Part shown: positions 25,551-39,638 of the stretch, piece by piece
Position numbering within the stretch: the stretch's first letter is position 1
Layout: each line of letters starts with the position of its first letter
Assembly (NCBI GenBank): GCA_964016885.1
Contig: CAXHJY010000693.1
Span: 1 to 64,000 of the forward strand
Reading direction: 5' to 3'
DNA length: 64,000 nt
Origin: Eledone cirrhosa
Taxonomy: Eukaryota
Notes under the pieces: model-generated
The model's input: the letters and a program-made list of their open reading frames with translations, nothing else
What the model was told of the DNA's origin: nothing
Databases searched by the model: none
Translations under genes and position numbers: made by a program

Positions 25551-25607
25551 TTTTATATATATATATATATTATATATATACAAATATATATATATATATA
25601 TATTGAT

Positions 25608-26092
25608 ATATTGTTATACTTGGGGAAGGTCATATTGTTGTAATATTGCCAGAAATACTGCTTTCTTTATTCAATGATAATGCTTTCTTTATTGTTATTG
25701 CCAGAAATAATAACAGAACACACTCACCGTTTGGTTGGTTTTCGCTTCTGTATCTTTTATATCTCCATAGTTAATTTATTTGGCAATCAATGTTTATCAT
25801 TGACTAACCAGCGGTTAAAAATACAGATATAAATATATATATATATATATATAGTCTATCAAAGTTCTTTCGTTGCACATCCGCAACATCATCAGTGGTA
25901 CTATTATGTTTCTCCTGTTGTCCATGCCATTTTTAACCGCTGATCAGTCAATGATAAACATTGATGGCCAAATGAATTAACTATGGAGATATAAAAGATA
26001 CAGAAGCGAAAAACCAACCAAGCAGTGAGTGTGTTCTGTTATTATTTCCGGCAATATTACAACAATATGACCCTCCCCAAGTATAACAATAT
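25608..26092 (-). mobile_element. Fold-back element (~165-200-bp arms) with central hammerhead-like motif at 25851-25904 (-)
   Basis: Arms 25608-25822 / 25929-26092; CCA-CTGATGA-T-GTTGC-GGATGT-GCAAC-GAAA-GAAC-TT-TG. Confidence 0.75.
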
Positions 26093-26484
26093 TTGTTTCG
26101 ACACACGATTTCATATCAAAAACCTTGCAAAACATACATATATATATGGGATAACAAATTATCGTTATAGGTAATCCAGTTAGAGGTTGTGAATACTCCG
26201 CATTGTGGATAGTTTTAATGTACGGCGTTGTTTGACTCAACAAGAGGTTTCCTTAGTTAGGTAGCGAGTTCTCGGGAATTCCTATGCAGGTTAATCTTAA
26301 TTTGATTAGGCACACATTGTATTTAAGATTGAGTGACACAATTTCAAGTGATTAGCAATTTTTAGACAACTTAATCAATGAAACAATTGTTAATACTGTA
26401 AATAAAACCCTTTTTGTGGTGTTGACCATGTTATTCTTCACTCTTTCAGTATATATATATATGTATATGTATGTATATATATAT

Positions 26485-26562
<78 letters not shown>

Positions 26563-27015
26563 TGTGGTTACCTCCGATTCAACCCGGAATAACGTATATA
26601 TATATATATATATAACGAAGGAAATGTGGTAAGCAACCAGGTGTACCATAAGGCACCAGAGTACTCGATACTTTGGGTAGTAGAGTGGGTAATAGGAAAA
26701 TGTTCAGGGCCCGACGCGTCGAAACAGCTTGAGCTCTGCCGTCGGGGTCCTGAACATTTTCCTATATATATATATATGAAATAAGATTTCGCTTCAAGCA
26801 TAGCTTTATACAATATGTATAGAAATTTCGTATTTCTAAAGAAATACATATTGTATAAAGCTATGCTTGAAGCGAAATCTTATTTCTTTTCTATCATAAG
26901 TTGAGCCAACTTATGCAGCTTCATATGCAAATGAGATTAATCACCTCATTTACACAGACGAGAAAACTATATATTCTCGGCTGTCTTCTAGTCCAGCAGT
27001 CGCAAGTGTGGGAGG

Positions 27016-27061
27016 GATCGTCCTGACGAAGGCCAGTCAAGCCTGAAATGCATAGACGGTT
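27016..27061 (+). ncRNA. Minimal type I hammerhead ribozyme
   Basis: GATCGTC-CTGACGA-AGGC-CAGTCAA-GCCT-GAAA-TGCA-TA-GACGGTT; host element 26778-27172 has an inverted copy of its 3' end. Confidence 0.9.
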
Positions 27062-28404
27062 GTCCCCCTTGCTTCTGCTGGACACCACCAGAGGGCGTTA
27101 GCCCCACGGTGCTTACATGGCTACGGCTTCCTAAAACCGTATTTCTTTAGAAATACGAAATTTCTATGCATATATATATATATGTTTTAATATAGAAAAG
27201 CTTCTTCAGGACTAGAACTGTTTCATTCGTGAGAAATCATCAGGAAGCTGACTGTCCAAGTAAATGTGGTGGTATTTATATCTTTTCTGGTGGTAGGGTG
27301 GGTCGGGATTGAGATGGGTGGAGGTCATTGGTTGATGGATTTAAAGAAAAGGGAATTCATTAAAAACTAATTCTTTAAAGGTATAATTTATATTAAGAAT
27401 GACAAAGGCAGAAAGAATACTGTAAACAGGTTCAAATTGGATACCAATCCTTGGTTATCACTTAAACTAAGCATGCCTGTAAGTCAGGTGTATACTTATA
27501 AACTTAGGAAAATTAACGAAGAGAGGAAAAGACAACGAAAGAAAACGTTTGTTAGGTAGTTGTATATAAAATATGCTCTAAATATAGATAGGAAATAACG
27601 TATATATTTTGATATTATGTACAGGGAATATCTGAAGTATGGACTTCATTTACTATAAATAGCCATGTTGATAATTGTGTCCTTCAAAGATAATGACTAG
27701 GGAATATATATATATATACATACATGCATACACATACAAACACATACACACACATATATATATATATTATGTATATATATATATATATATATATACTCAC
27801 ACATACATGTAATCTAAATTTATATTTTATAGATATCATACTGCAATCTTTCTGGGACAGAAAGTGTGTGTAGGGTCGAAGCTTGTTAAAGATAAAAGTT
27901 ACCTTTTCTTGTTCGATATTTATATAAAGGCTTTTGAAAATTTATTTTTAGTTTAAGGTCCACAATATTGCTCTCACGCTTGTGTCTCTCTTAAGAGTTA
28001 CAAGATAAGGTCTAAAAATGGATAACTTGTAAGCTTATTTGTTGTTAAATGCAGGTTTAAGTGTTATTATGACAAAGCTAGAATAATTGCTCTTAATTTA
28101 AGTTCAAATCCTCTGCTGGCCTTTATGTTTGTGACCTTCTTCTTATTCTTCTTTTTATTCGGGGATTTTTCATGAAGGTTGCTTTTCCTCCTTGCTGTTA
28201 TTTCTTCCTTGGACATCCCTTGGTCTATTGTCTTCTCCTTCAGTACAACTTTGAGCATTGGCTCCCTACTCACAGACACATTTGTGTAGACTGCTTTTCT
28301 CCATCTGAACACAGTCCTCTATGCTGATAAGACCCCTTCCACCTTCAGATCTCTTTAAGTAGAGTCTATCAACATCACTCCTCTTGTGGAACATTATCAT
28401 TATT

Positions 28405-28715
28405 GAATTGGCAGTATCGGTAGAGGGTCGGACGCCATGCTTTGCAGCATAGAGTTACGGCCCTTTATGGTCTGAGTTCAAATCCCGCCGAGGTTAACTT
28501 TGCCTTTCATCCTTACGGGATCGATAAAAAAAGTACCAGTCACGCACTGAGGTCGACTTAATCGACTTTCCCCTCCTCCAAAATTGCTGGCCTTGTGCCT
28601 ATAAAAGAAACCATTATTATTACTGCCTTTCATCCTTACGGGCTCGATAAAATAAAGTACCAGTAATGCACTGGGTAATTGCTGGCCTTGTGCATAAAGT
28701 AGAAACAATTATTAT
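28405..28715 (+). mobile_element. Main-family SINE with duplicated 3' half
   Basis: Same sequence as 2859-3045. Other copies: ~32725-32910+, 37503-37683+, 38998-39188-, 43868-44080+, 44184-44495-, 49097-49265+, 50755-50965-, 53965-54087+, 54995-55117+, 58530-58890-, 59228-59395+, 60028-60177-, 61765-61935-. Confidence 0.85.
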
Positions 28716-28734
28716 TATTATGATTATTCAGCCA

Positions 28735-31700
28735 AATTTCTGAAAACAATAACAGCAGCAGCAATAGTGACAGCAGCAGGACCAACAGCAAAACCAATAG
28801 TAGTAGTAGCAACAACAACAGCACCAAAAACAAGACCAGTAGCGGCAGCAACAATGGTACCTCTGAAAAAGGGACCATTTCTTTTGCGGGGGTGGCTCGG
28901 AATGTAGAGAGAGTGATAGTAACGGAGGAGGAAATGGCGGTCACAAGGGCTATGGGGACTAAGAAAGAAAAGAGAGTCTCTCTGAAACCTCTATCAGATT
29001 TTTTTCAAAGACCAACAGCTGCGTACGGTGACTTACTGTACTATAAGCAAAATATCACATCGGCTGGAGAAAGCCACGGAGGCTCAAATTCAAAAGGCCT
29101 TGGGGTGCATATTGGCACGCAAAACCCATGTCACCCGAGGCAAAAAATATGCCACCATGAACCTACTTGTTGCCACCCTCAAGAGGCGAAGTCTCACTCT
29201 TTGGCAACCCTAAAGAGTGAGAAGATAGTGTTGGTGATCTCCAACTGTGGGCAGAAGATTGTGAGGGTCAAAGTGACCCAGGTCTCGCCCGACGTGCCCA
29301 TACCTTGGCTAACCGCGTCTGTCCTCGCTGGAGTCGAGGACAGGACGACCACGCTGCAAGTGCAGAAGATATAGAGGGAAAACTGGTCAGGTATTGAAAT
29401 GCAAATGCTAATCTAAACTGACTAGGAGTGTATCCAGGCTACCCTGAACGTCATAGACTTCGAAGAAGGAGTTCAACTCCCCATAAACGAGGAAGAAAGG
29501 CGCCCAAAGTGCTATCTCTGTGAGTCGAAGGTTCACCTCAGGGCCTTTTGCCCACAGAAAACAGCAAAGGAGAAGGCCCTCCTCCTTCCGACGCCTGGTC
29601 TGCTGCTACCAAGAGCAGGGCAGGCAACAGAGGCATCAGACCATTCCACGGTGAACAGGAGGGCAACGTCCGTGGCACCCACACCAAGGCCACGGACAAC
29701 TAAAACAGCGGCAGCACTGGTGACAGCACTAGTAGCTACAGTCGCAGTAGCTACATCGGCGACAAAATCGCTGGAGCGGGTTCCACTACCACCACCAACA
29801 GCCGTGGAGCTCATACCCCTCCCAGATCCACGGAATCTGACATGGAGTGTGAAGCGCGAGTGGAGTGGCAAAAGGTCTGCCACAAAAAAATGAAAACCCC
29901 CTTAGATTCACCCTCCAAAGTCGAGGGCAAACAAAGCGGGGTAAAGGTTGCAAGGCGACTTGCAACAACACCACCATCACCATCACCATCACCACCACAA
30001 GCACCACCAACAACAACAACCACACCACCACCAGTATCACCACAGACACCAACATCGCAGACACAACAAGGCACACATACCTAACAGCAGCAACAAGAAA
30101 ACAGCCCCCCACCCAAATAAATAAAGAAATTACACAGCCATAAACATGGCAAATAAAGAACTCATGGAACATATAAAGCAGCACACAAACAACAGACACA
30201 AATTACTACAATCCACCAATACCAAGAACATTACTGAAAGACATAAAAATCGTTGAGATCAAACTCGAACATTATAAACAGTTAAAACAAAAATTGCCCA
30301 ACGCATTTGGGGACTTTAGAGGGTCGCTTACCAAGAGAATATACACGGACATTATCTTGGAGTCACCCATGGCCAGCCTCATTGATATGGAACTCGCCAA
30401 ACGGGCCATCTTCCTGGACCCAGAAGGTAAGTCGGTGGTGCTGGACGTGACCGGCAGCGAAGGCAATGCTTTCATGCTAGTCGCCGTCTACGCCCCAACA
30501 GGGGCAGGACGGCCAGATTTCTTCAGACGTCTAGAGACCTTTCTGGGAACGTCCCGCTCTTTAGTGTTACTGGGCGACTGGAACGGTATCTTAGATGCAC
30601 GCTGTGATTATGTGGGGCTAGTAGACAGGACATGGGTGTGTAAAAGCCTCAACAACCTGCACAGACGTTTTGAACTGTCTGACAGGTATAGACTGGATTA
30701 TCTGAATGTGCCAATGTGGACATGGGCAAACCGCATCGGGTCATCCAGATTGTATCTGTAGGGAAACAGATAAAGCTAGTATAGGTTGTTCACAATTTAA
30801 AGTAGTCAACTTCACTGACCACAAATTTGTGATCTGTGAAGTTGACTTAGATAGACTCCATAGGCAAGGGTCCGGTTACGCGTCGTTCCCGGTGCGCAAA
30901 GCTTACAGAGACCGGATTAGTGAATTAGTTAAGCGTGCGTTGACGGGTTTGACAGTCAACAACTGGTGGTGGTTTACGTTGAAAAGGGTAATTGAGTAGA
31001 ATCGATAAGGTTTAGCAAAGGAGTAACGATAGAGGAAAATAGAGTAGAGGGAGAGCTTGTTAGAAAGCTAGAAGCGGTTTTAGGACAGGCATCGCAACCG
31101 ACGTGCTTGCAGCCAGATTGGCACTCGACCAATTCTTAAACACAAAGCATGAAGGCTGCGTTGTCAGAGCTAGAGCGCGTGTTCTGAGACACGAGGGGAC
31201 GAAAGCTGTTCATTGGGCCCGGGTGGTGGAGGCGCGACTTGGCAACAAAGCTACAACTCGGTCTTTGCCTCACCAAAATGTTGCGTGGAGGCCTGGGCAT
31301 GCTGTGGCTGATGATGCGCAAACATACGACATCTCTGGTGCTTCCTTGGCGGTGAACAGATATGGTGGCCATTTGCCAGACGCGCTTTCCCCCAGCTCGT
31401 CTCTTTGACGGAGCTGCAGTCCTGGATCACGAAGCTGGAATGTCTCCAAACGCTCACTGCCTTCTACCAGCTGAGCACTAGTATCGGTGGAACATCCACC
31501 TCGGTGTTCTATAGAGGACTAGTGGAGGGGAATAGTGACGACGTTCTCGGGGAGACCCTGGGCGTCGAAGACGACCAGCTGTTCACTCTCTTCGAGAGAA
31601 CTTTCAGCCCGGGGCCTATGGACAACTTCCAGAAATCCTTGACATCGCAGTGCTTCCGGGGAGCGTTGCCAGTTTGAGATAAGCTCTACATGAATGGAGG

Positions 31701-32411
31701 TGCCGTCAGCCGAGCCTGTTCGATATGCGTACAGGGCGACGAAACCGTCGTGCACGCACTCGTTCAGTGCCCGGGGATTGCTGACTTGTGGGACTATGTC
31801 GAATAGTTGCTGTTGCGTGTAGGACGGATCCGGTTATCGACTGAGTCCACTGTGCAGATAGCCCCGCTGTCCTCCTTTAAGGAGGAGTAGGGGTAGGTAC
31901 TTTTCATCTGCCTGGTGGCCATGGCGAAAGAGATTGTATGGTGGACAAGGTTGAAATGATTGAAGACGGCCACTTTCCTCTCCGGTGAATCACTGATTAA
32001 CTTTTTCAAGTTTCATTTGAAGAGGAAAATCAGGGTGGAGAGGCAAGTGCTGTCTTCTCGTAAATTTGTTGAAAGGTGGGTGAAAGTGGCGAGTCTGGTC
32101 CGAGTGAACGGGCCCACTCTGAGTATGCACCTGTAGACTGAGGAGTAGGAGAACTGGAGAGGGCGCTTGCCCTGGTGGTAGGGGTGGCCGTGGTCTTTTG
32201 TGTCGTTTTCGCCACGAGAGACCCTCGGAGGTTTCTCCCCTATTGGGAAATTTTTGTTGTTTGAATTTTTTAATTTGTTTCCACACATTTCTACGTTTTT
32301 TTGTTATGACCTCTTTAGTGTTATAACCACTTTGTATTGTATTGTCCTGTAGTGTTCTGTGCCGTCTGTAATGTTTTTGTTCATGGTAGCCCTTGTGGCC
32401 AATAAAGAAAC
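28735..32411 (+). mobile_element. Decayed Tx1-clade LINE, related subfamily, RT domain deleted
   Basis: ORF1 remnants (SFAGVAR, CYLCESKVHLRAFC), APE (LVAVYAP, LGDWN, TDHKFV), C-terminus (PGPMDNFQKSL); ends AATAAAGAAA just before (TTC)n. Confidence 0.85.
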
Positions 32412-32524
32412 CCTTATTATTTCCTCTTCTTTTCTTCTTCTTCTTCTTCTTCTTCTTCTTCTTCTTCTTTTTCGCTCACCTATTCCTGAGAGAGTCGTGG
32501 GAGAGGGGGGGGGGGAGACTCCTC

Positions 32525-32720
32525 AATGATCAAAGGTCTTTGGGTCATTTCTTTTCCTTCAACTTTCTAACACCCTTTTTTAAATCCATGCTCTTCCCAG
32601 CAATGCTGTTTTCTGCAGCAATCCTATCCTGATGGCAGTTCCTAGCTTCTCAAGCCATGCATTCGACCTTTTACTAACTGCTCCCAGTGCGCCAACCACA
32701 ATAGGACCCATTTCTACGTT
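32525..32720 (-). mobile_element. 3' fragment of a second R4/Dong-like family
   Basis: PIVVGALGAV..LQKTALLG resembles IPVVVGALGMI..IQKIVLMG of the 18.8-kb ORF. Confidence 0.7.
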
Positions 32721-33139
32721 ATTATGGTGGATTGGCAGTATCGGTAGAGGGTCGGACGCCATGCTTTGATGCATAGAGTTACGGCCCTTTCCAATCTGAG
32801 TTCAAATCCCGCCGAGGTTCACCTTGCCTTTCATCCTTACGGGGTCGATAAAATAAAGTACCAGTAATGCACTGGATAATTGCTGGCCTTGTGCCAAAAG
32901 TAGAAACAATTATTATTATTGGAGAGGGATGTGCTGCTTACCAGCCAGTTTGTTGAAATTGGTAGGCAGAAACTGCTAAGAAGCCCTTCGAATTCATTGT
33001 ACTTGTAATTCAAAGAGTTAATCTCATCACACAAACATTCTAGGAATTAAGTTCAAATTAAGGGAGGGCCGTTTTGATTTTCCTAGACGTAGATATACCC
33101 CCAATCCTAATTATTCACTTCTCTGCTAATAAAATCTTT

Positions 33140-33270
33140 TCTACGGTCGTAGCTTTTTTCCTCGAAATACCAAACTTAGGAACTCTCTTCCATCTCATAG
33201 TTTTCCTCCTTCCTATGACCTGAACTCTTTTAAGTCTAAAGTAATTTAATTCCTTTCATCTGTCTCCTTC
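33140..33270 (+). mobile_element. CR1/L2-group LINE 3' remnant
   Basis: Reads SFFPR..NSLP..FPPSYDLNSFKSKV. Confidence 0.5.
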
Positions 33271-34543
33271 TTCCTAGTTAGTCATTGATATACAAACAAA
33301 CGTCAAGGTGGTCACGGTCTGAAAGCCCTTCAACATGGATCTTTAGTGTCAATGTTGACCATGGGCTAAACAACAGCGACAGCAACAGCAACAACAACAA
33401 TTCTTAAAGGAAGAAAGTTTCTTTCTAATTAGGATTTTAGCCCTGCTCAAGGATATAGATGAAAAACTCGAGGGGAAGTAAGTGAGGGAGAAAGAGAGAG
33501 AGAGATAGAGTGCGTGTGTGTATGTGTGTGTGTGCATATGTGTGTGTGTGTAACAAAATATGTGTATGAGTGAATGTGAGTGAATGTGTATATGTTTGTG
33601 TTATATAGAGATAGTGACAAGTTTGATAAACCTGGCCAGCAGGACAAATCAAGCTGGCCTAAATGCCCTCCTATCGCTCCCCCTTCTACCCCCTCTCTCC
33701 CCTCCCTCTACCCTCTCTCTCTCTCTCTCCTACTGATCCCCTCTCTCTCTCCTATCTATCCCCCTCTCTCTCTGTATATATCTCTCTTTCTCCACCCTCA
33801 CTATATAACCCTCAGCCAGTATCTGTGACATAAACTGGGTATATAATGTTACTTGCATTGATCACGCGCTGACATTGTGATTGGTGAAGAGGAAGGTGTG
33901 AAAAAAGTAGAAGTAGGAGTAGTAGGGGGAGTGTTGGGGAGAGTGGTAGGGGGGAGGGGAAAGGGGTGGAGTGAGAGTTAAGTAGGTGGAGTTTTAACCC
34001 TACAACCTTCACCTTTTCTTTCACGTTGTCGAGTGTATGGAAGTCACTACTGATTATTGTGGTGGTGGTGGTGGTGGTGGTAGTGGTGGTGGTGGTGTGA
34101 TAGTGGTGGTAGTGGTGGTGGTAGTAGTGGTTGTGGTGGTAGCGGGGGTGTTAGTGGTAGTGGTAGTGGTGGTGGTGGTGGTGGTAATGGGGTGATAGTA
34201 GTGGTAGTGGTGGTGGTTGTGGTGGTAGCGGGAGTGGTTGTGGTGGTGCTGGTGGTAATAGTAGTGATAATGGTAGTGATGGTACTGATAGTGGTGTGGC
34301 TATAGTAATTGTGGTGGTATTGTGTTATAATACTTATCAACAGTTATCTATAAAAATGTTCAGATATCAGTAAGAATGCTAACGACCAAATTAACTGTAT
34401 TAACCGCAACCCAATCACTTAGTGTTAATAAGTCAACCGGTTGACATCTTACCGAGCTCACTGTTCATGTTCAGCCTTGGTCACTAACAGATCCACACCA
34501 GGCTTTAAAAACCCTCAACAAAGTGAACTATTCTATAAAAACA

Positions 34544-34548
34544 ATGTT
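34544..34548 (+). CDS. Putative first coding exon (ATGTT) of a host membrane-protein gene
   Basis: AAAACA-ATG-TT|GTAAGT; in-frame TGA upstream at 34442; phase 2 matches the next exon. Confidence 0.45.
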
Positions 34549-34626
34549 GTAAGTAGAATAAGAAATTCTGTTTACTTTTCATTAACCTACCTTTTGTTTT
34601 ATTCTATTAATTTCGTTCAGACTTAA

Positions 34627-35409
34627 CCATTTAACATTTACGTTACTCTATATATACTATTGTATTTTAACAGTAAAGGCTTTACCTCACATAATATCTC
34701 ACATAACATTTACATTACTCTATATATACTATTGTATTTTAACAGTAAAGGCTTTACCTCACATAATATCTCACATAACATTTACATTACTCTATATATA
34801 CTATTGTATTTTCACAGTAAAGGCTTTACCTCACATAATATCTCACATAACATTTACATTACTCTATATATACTATTGTATTTTCACAGTAAAGGCTTTA
34901 CCTCACATAATATCTCACATAACATTTACATTATTCTATATATACTATTGTATTTTCACAGTAAAGGCTTTACCTCACATAATATCTCACATAACATTTA
35001 CATTACTCTATATATACTATTGTATTTTCACAGTAAAGGCTTTACCTCACATAATATCTCACATAACATTTACATTACTCTATATATACTATTGTATTTT
35101 CACAGTAAAGGCTTTACCTCACATAATATCTCACATAACATTTACATTACTCTATATATACTATTGTATTTTCACAGTAAAGGCTTTACCTCACATAATA
35201 TCTCACATAACATTTACATTACTCTATATTTACTGTTATGTTTTCATAGTAAAGGCTTTATATCATATAATTATCTCACATAATATCGAATCTATGAGAT
35301 TTTGATATTATTTATTTTGAGAAAAATGCCTTAACATCAGTATGAGTAGCAAGTTACAGTCAGTTTCAACAAAAAGAGGTGAGAGAATTCTGGTTTAAAT
35401 GCTAAGGGG
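34627..35409. mobile_element. piggyBac-type MITE with an expanded 72-bp minisatellite
   Basis: TTAA-CCATTTAACATTTA ... TAAATGCTAAGGGG-TTAA. Confidence 0.75.
34634..35285. repeat. 72-bp tandem repeat, ~9 copies
   Basis: Unit ACATTTACATTACTCTATATATACTATTGTATTTTCACAGTAAAGGCTTTACCTCACATAATATCTCACATA. Confidence 0.95.
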
Positions 35410-35476
35410 TTAATCTATGTTGGTTTTGGTCATTTTTTGTTTTTGAATTTTAAATGTTTGTTTCGTTATAGTAAAT

Positions 35477-35672
35477 CAGACCTGTCAACTCTCCCCGTCC
35501 GACGGGGAGATCTCCCACCCATTTTGGAGTGGGTGAGAGATGTTTCTTCTTGTGAAAATAGGTATAACTTTCACTATGTAAAATCTCTCCATTTTGCCTA
35601 ATTTCTCCCCGTTTTGGGACGCTTTTTTTTTATGGTACTCCCCGTTTGGGATTTTAGAGGTTGGAAGGTCTG
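35477..35672. mobile_element. MITE with hAT-like TIRs and 6-bp flanking duplication
   Basis: CAGACCTGTCAAC ... GTTGGAAGGTCTG, flanked by GTAAAT on both sides. Confidence 0.7.
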
Positions 35673-35954
35673 GTAAATGATTTCACCGACAAAGCTTTAC
35701 TCTCGTTTAACTACGACTACATCCTTTTACCCTATTCTGGCCGCCCGGGCGGCCAGCCCGTGGGCTCCCATTGCTTGTGATAGTAAGAGATGGGGAGAGT
35801 GGGTGAGACGGAGTCAGTGACAGTGGGAATTTGATTCCATTATGTCCAGACCTGGTGTATATGTATATATTTATTTACCACACCACATAATACTTCACAT
35901 AACTCAGTTTGCTAAGGAAATGTTCCACTTACTTTGTAGTGCCCTATGTACTGT

Positions 35955-36190
35955 GAAGCCACATGGCTAAATAGTTACGATGCTTGACCTAGGATCGTAA
36001 TGTCGTCGGTTCGATTCCTGTTGCTGTGTTGTGTTCTTGAACAAAACATTTCACGTAGCTACAGTTCACTCAGCTGAGAATGAGTACCAGCAGTAGTTGG
36101 GGAGTTAAACCAGCAATAGACCAGTGTCCTGTCCAACAATTGTCTTGTACTCTCAGTCGCTTAACACCAAGGAAACCAGGGATAAGAGTT
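35955..36190 (+). mobile_element. Older tRNA-derived SINE, second family (also ~38165-38400+, 36600-36830-, 42960-43192-, 53125-53325+, 53365-53615+, 54530-54715-)
   Basis: tRNA-like head (GGTTCGATTCC) followed by GTGTTCTTGAGCAA..CAGTTCACTCAGCTG-type body. Confidence 0.7.
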
Positions 36191-38505
36191 AATCTTAACT
36201 TAATATACTGCTTTTGTATGTGATGGGGGAAGATTACACATTGTAATAGCCAATTTCCTTGTCCCTGAAATATAGGACTTGCAAATGATGTATGATAGAA
36301 TCAGAAGTAAGATTCTGGTCATCTTGGATCACAATGACGGATGGTCAAAGTTGAAATGATTTTAATCATAGCTCAACTTGATCTAGATTAACCTGGGGCT
36401 AAACATCAACACGAATATCATGATATTTGTATTCTTCTTTCTTAGAATCATTGTGGCTTGTGAAAATGAACGAATAATAATATGTGGTTAGGGATTTTGA
36501 CTCTGGATAATATGATCATGGGTTCGCTTCCAACATGGGTGGAAAGAGTTTCACTTATTAGCAGGAATGATGCGGATCACCTTTTAATTATTTGTTTAAC
36601 GATCGACAAATCTCAGAGCTCATTCTCTTACCGAGTTGGGTGGAACTAGTCAAATCAGACCAAGGAATCAATGTTTCTATTAGTTTTCCCATTGCTGATA
36701 CTATCTACCGGCCGCAATACCTAGCAAAAAAAAGCAGCATGAAATGAAGTGACATAACACATCACCTCGTCCGGAAATTGAACTCGCAACCTCACGATTG
36801 CGAATCCGATTCTGTAACCATTATGCCAAGTGTCATTTTTAATTGTTGATCTGAAAACTATTTGAAGACATAGGTATATGTAAAACTGATACAGAGTTGA
36901 CTAGTTCAGATGTCCTAATGATATTGTTATAGGACTGTAACATAAAAGACAGTAGAAAACATTGTGTTGGTGGACCATCGTTAAGTGCCGGTGAATTAGG
37001 GCTTGCTATCGTTAAGTGGCGGTGAATTAGGGCTTGCAATGCATAAGCATAACTTTTTATATCTAAGTTTCTTCTGAATGCATACTTGTACTTCTTAGTT
37101 ATAAAAATTTTAGAGCTGAACATGGAATAAGCGACATTTTAATCATCAGAGTATAAATTATTTTATTAAAGGCAGGAGACGCTGTTAGAAACTACGAGAT
37201 ATTGTTGAGATGAACAAGTCAATGGCTTTTATCTGGCCATGGGTGCCTCAATGTCCTCAGTTGAGTTCCGCCTAGCTTCCAAAGCACTGATACATATATA
37301 TATATTGTAGCCTCTTTCCCTCGGCTCCATATAGATATTTAGAAATATTTCTTATCACTAATTTGATATAATTGTTTCACTGGTTTGCAGTAGTAGCTTC
37401 AATTCATCTTGATTTCATGAAACAACATTCTAGTGGATGACCCTGAAAAGAGTCTAAAACTATTACTGTCGTCAGAATTTTAATATCTTCACATTATTTC
37501 CAATGGCAGTATCAGTAGAGTGTCAAACACGGTGCTTTGCAGCAAAGAGTTATGCCCCCTTTCGTTCTGAGTTCAAGTCCTGCCGAGATTAACTTTGTCT
37601 TTCATCCTTAGAGGGTCGATAAAATAAAGTACCAGTAATACACTGGATAATTGCTGGCCTTGTGCTAAAAGTAGAAACAATTATTTTCAATGGCTTCCTA
37701 AAAGCCCAACTTGTATATATAAATGAGAAGAACTCTAATGAATTTCGATCATATTTAAAGAATTCGAAATAAATTAGGTACGGGTGGATCAGTAAAGGGG
37801 TTAAGTCTTTTTTCTTTATGATAAGGTGAGAGAAAATGTAAATCGGTGTTGGGATTTTCATCCTTTCTTCCCATGAATTTTAATAGCTTAACTGAAACAT
37901 TTTCATTAAGGACTTTCAATTGGAAATCAAAATTAAATTATCAAGAGCATTCCACCATTCTTAAGGATTTTTATGTGTTCATACACATTAAAACAAACAT
38001 ATATATGAAGGCGCATGACTTACGACTCTATCAATTGGTTGCTGCCATAGCAACACCAAATACATTAAATAATAGAATTGCCTCAATCTGGTTCTCGCTT
38101 GTTTTTGGTCATTCAAACTGATTCTTTCTTGTTTGTGACCATTCAGAGAGACCCACTTCAGAGAGTGAAGGCGCATAGCTTAGCGGTTAGAGCATTGGGC
38201 TTGCAATCGAAAGGTTGTGAGTTCAATTCTCGGACCGGGTGATGTGTTGTTTCCTTGAGCAAGACACTTTATTTCACGTTGCTCCAGTTTACTCAGCTGT
38301 AGAAATGAGATGATAGGATTGGTGTCCCTATCATTAAATCACCCAAGACACCTCCAACGAGATATACCTTGGAGGAGGCCAGCTAAACCTTCATAGGTCT
38401 GAGATGTAACGACAACAAAAATAAACATATTATCTACCATGTCGTTAGATATTGCTTTCTATGACTTACAAATGTATCATTTGATGTTTTATTTATTTCT
38501 TCTAG

Positions 38506-38783
38506 CCCCGACATGTTCAGTGGTAATGAAGCAGATATCAATGTCGAAGACATTGATATAAGCAACAAATGTTCTCGAGAACATTCCAACGATCTCTCTA
38601 CTCCTTGTCTTTATCGACGAAGACAATCAGTTATGGCCCAAACAAATGAATTTATGAAAGAAAATGAGAATAATGTTAGTCTTGGTGGTTTATTAATCCT
38701 ATGCATATGTTTCATGTATGCTGCCATCCTCTTCCTAGTTTGGGCGTTATTCGGCAAAGTATTCTCCATGGTAAATATCGGAG
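38506..38783 (+). CDS. Main coding exon of an unrecognised small single-pass membrane protein
   Basis: Acceptor TTTCTTCTAG|, donor GAG|GTATGT; open non-repetitive frame with hydrophobic LGGLLILCICFMYAAILFLVWALFG. Confidence 0.7.
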
Positions 38784-39560
38784 GTATGTATAGTTTTTTT
38801 TATGTTTTCCATTTTTTCTCGATTTACGTTTAATTGCATTTCGTTTTTTACAATGATGAACTTGTTTGACAGAGTCGGTAGAGCGTCGGACAATATGATT
38901 TGTGGCATTTAGTTTCTTGCTGCCTTTCACTCATCAGTCTTAGAGGGTCAACAAACCATTACGATCGGAATCTCCTTCATTTGACTTAGCCATAAATAAT
39001 TGTTTCTACCTTTGACACAAGGCCAGAAATTACCCAGTACATTACTGGTACTTTATTTTATCGACCCCGTAAGGATGAAAGGCAAAGTTAACCTCGGCGT
39101 GATTTGAACTCAGACCATAAAGGGCCGTAACTCTATGCATCAAAGCATGGTGTCCGACCCTCTACCAATACTGCCAATCTACCACCTTATTACTATAATT
39201 GTTTCTACTTTTGGCACTATTACTATAATGATGACTCATTCACTTTCCCCTACCTCTTGACCTCAGATGGTTTTCGTTTTTATCTCAATTCTTTATATCA
39301 GCCACACAATACACACAAAGACTAGAAAGCAAGGTCAACGTGCTGTGTAATGACATTAAACATAAGTAAAAATTAGTAACAGAAGTTAATAGCAAGATAC
39401 GGAAATTATTGATATCAGGTCCACAGCAAATGTTTTATAAGAGAGTCGTAAAATTCTGATGACATTGTAGATTAGATGGTAATAGTGTTAGGCTTTTATG
39501 GCAGAAATACTCTCGGGTGGTATTCCATTACTTTACCTGGGTATGTGTATATATATACCC

Positions 39561-39635
<75 letters not shown>

Positions 39636-39638
<3 letters not shown>

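Noticed and set aside
34660-35283. 207-aa repeat ORF
   Set aside because: 72-bp minisatellite inside a MITE; no ATG start.
38165-38240. tRNA gene
   Set aside because: No proper acceptor stem; continues into a SINE body, so it is a SINE head.
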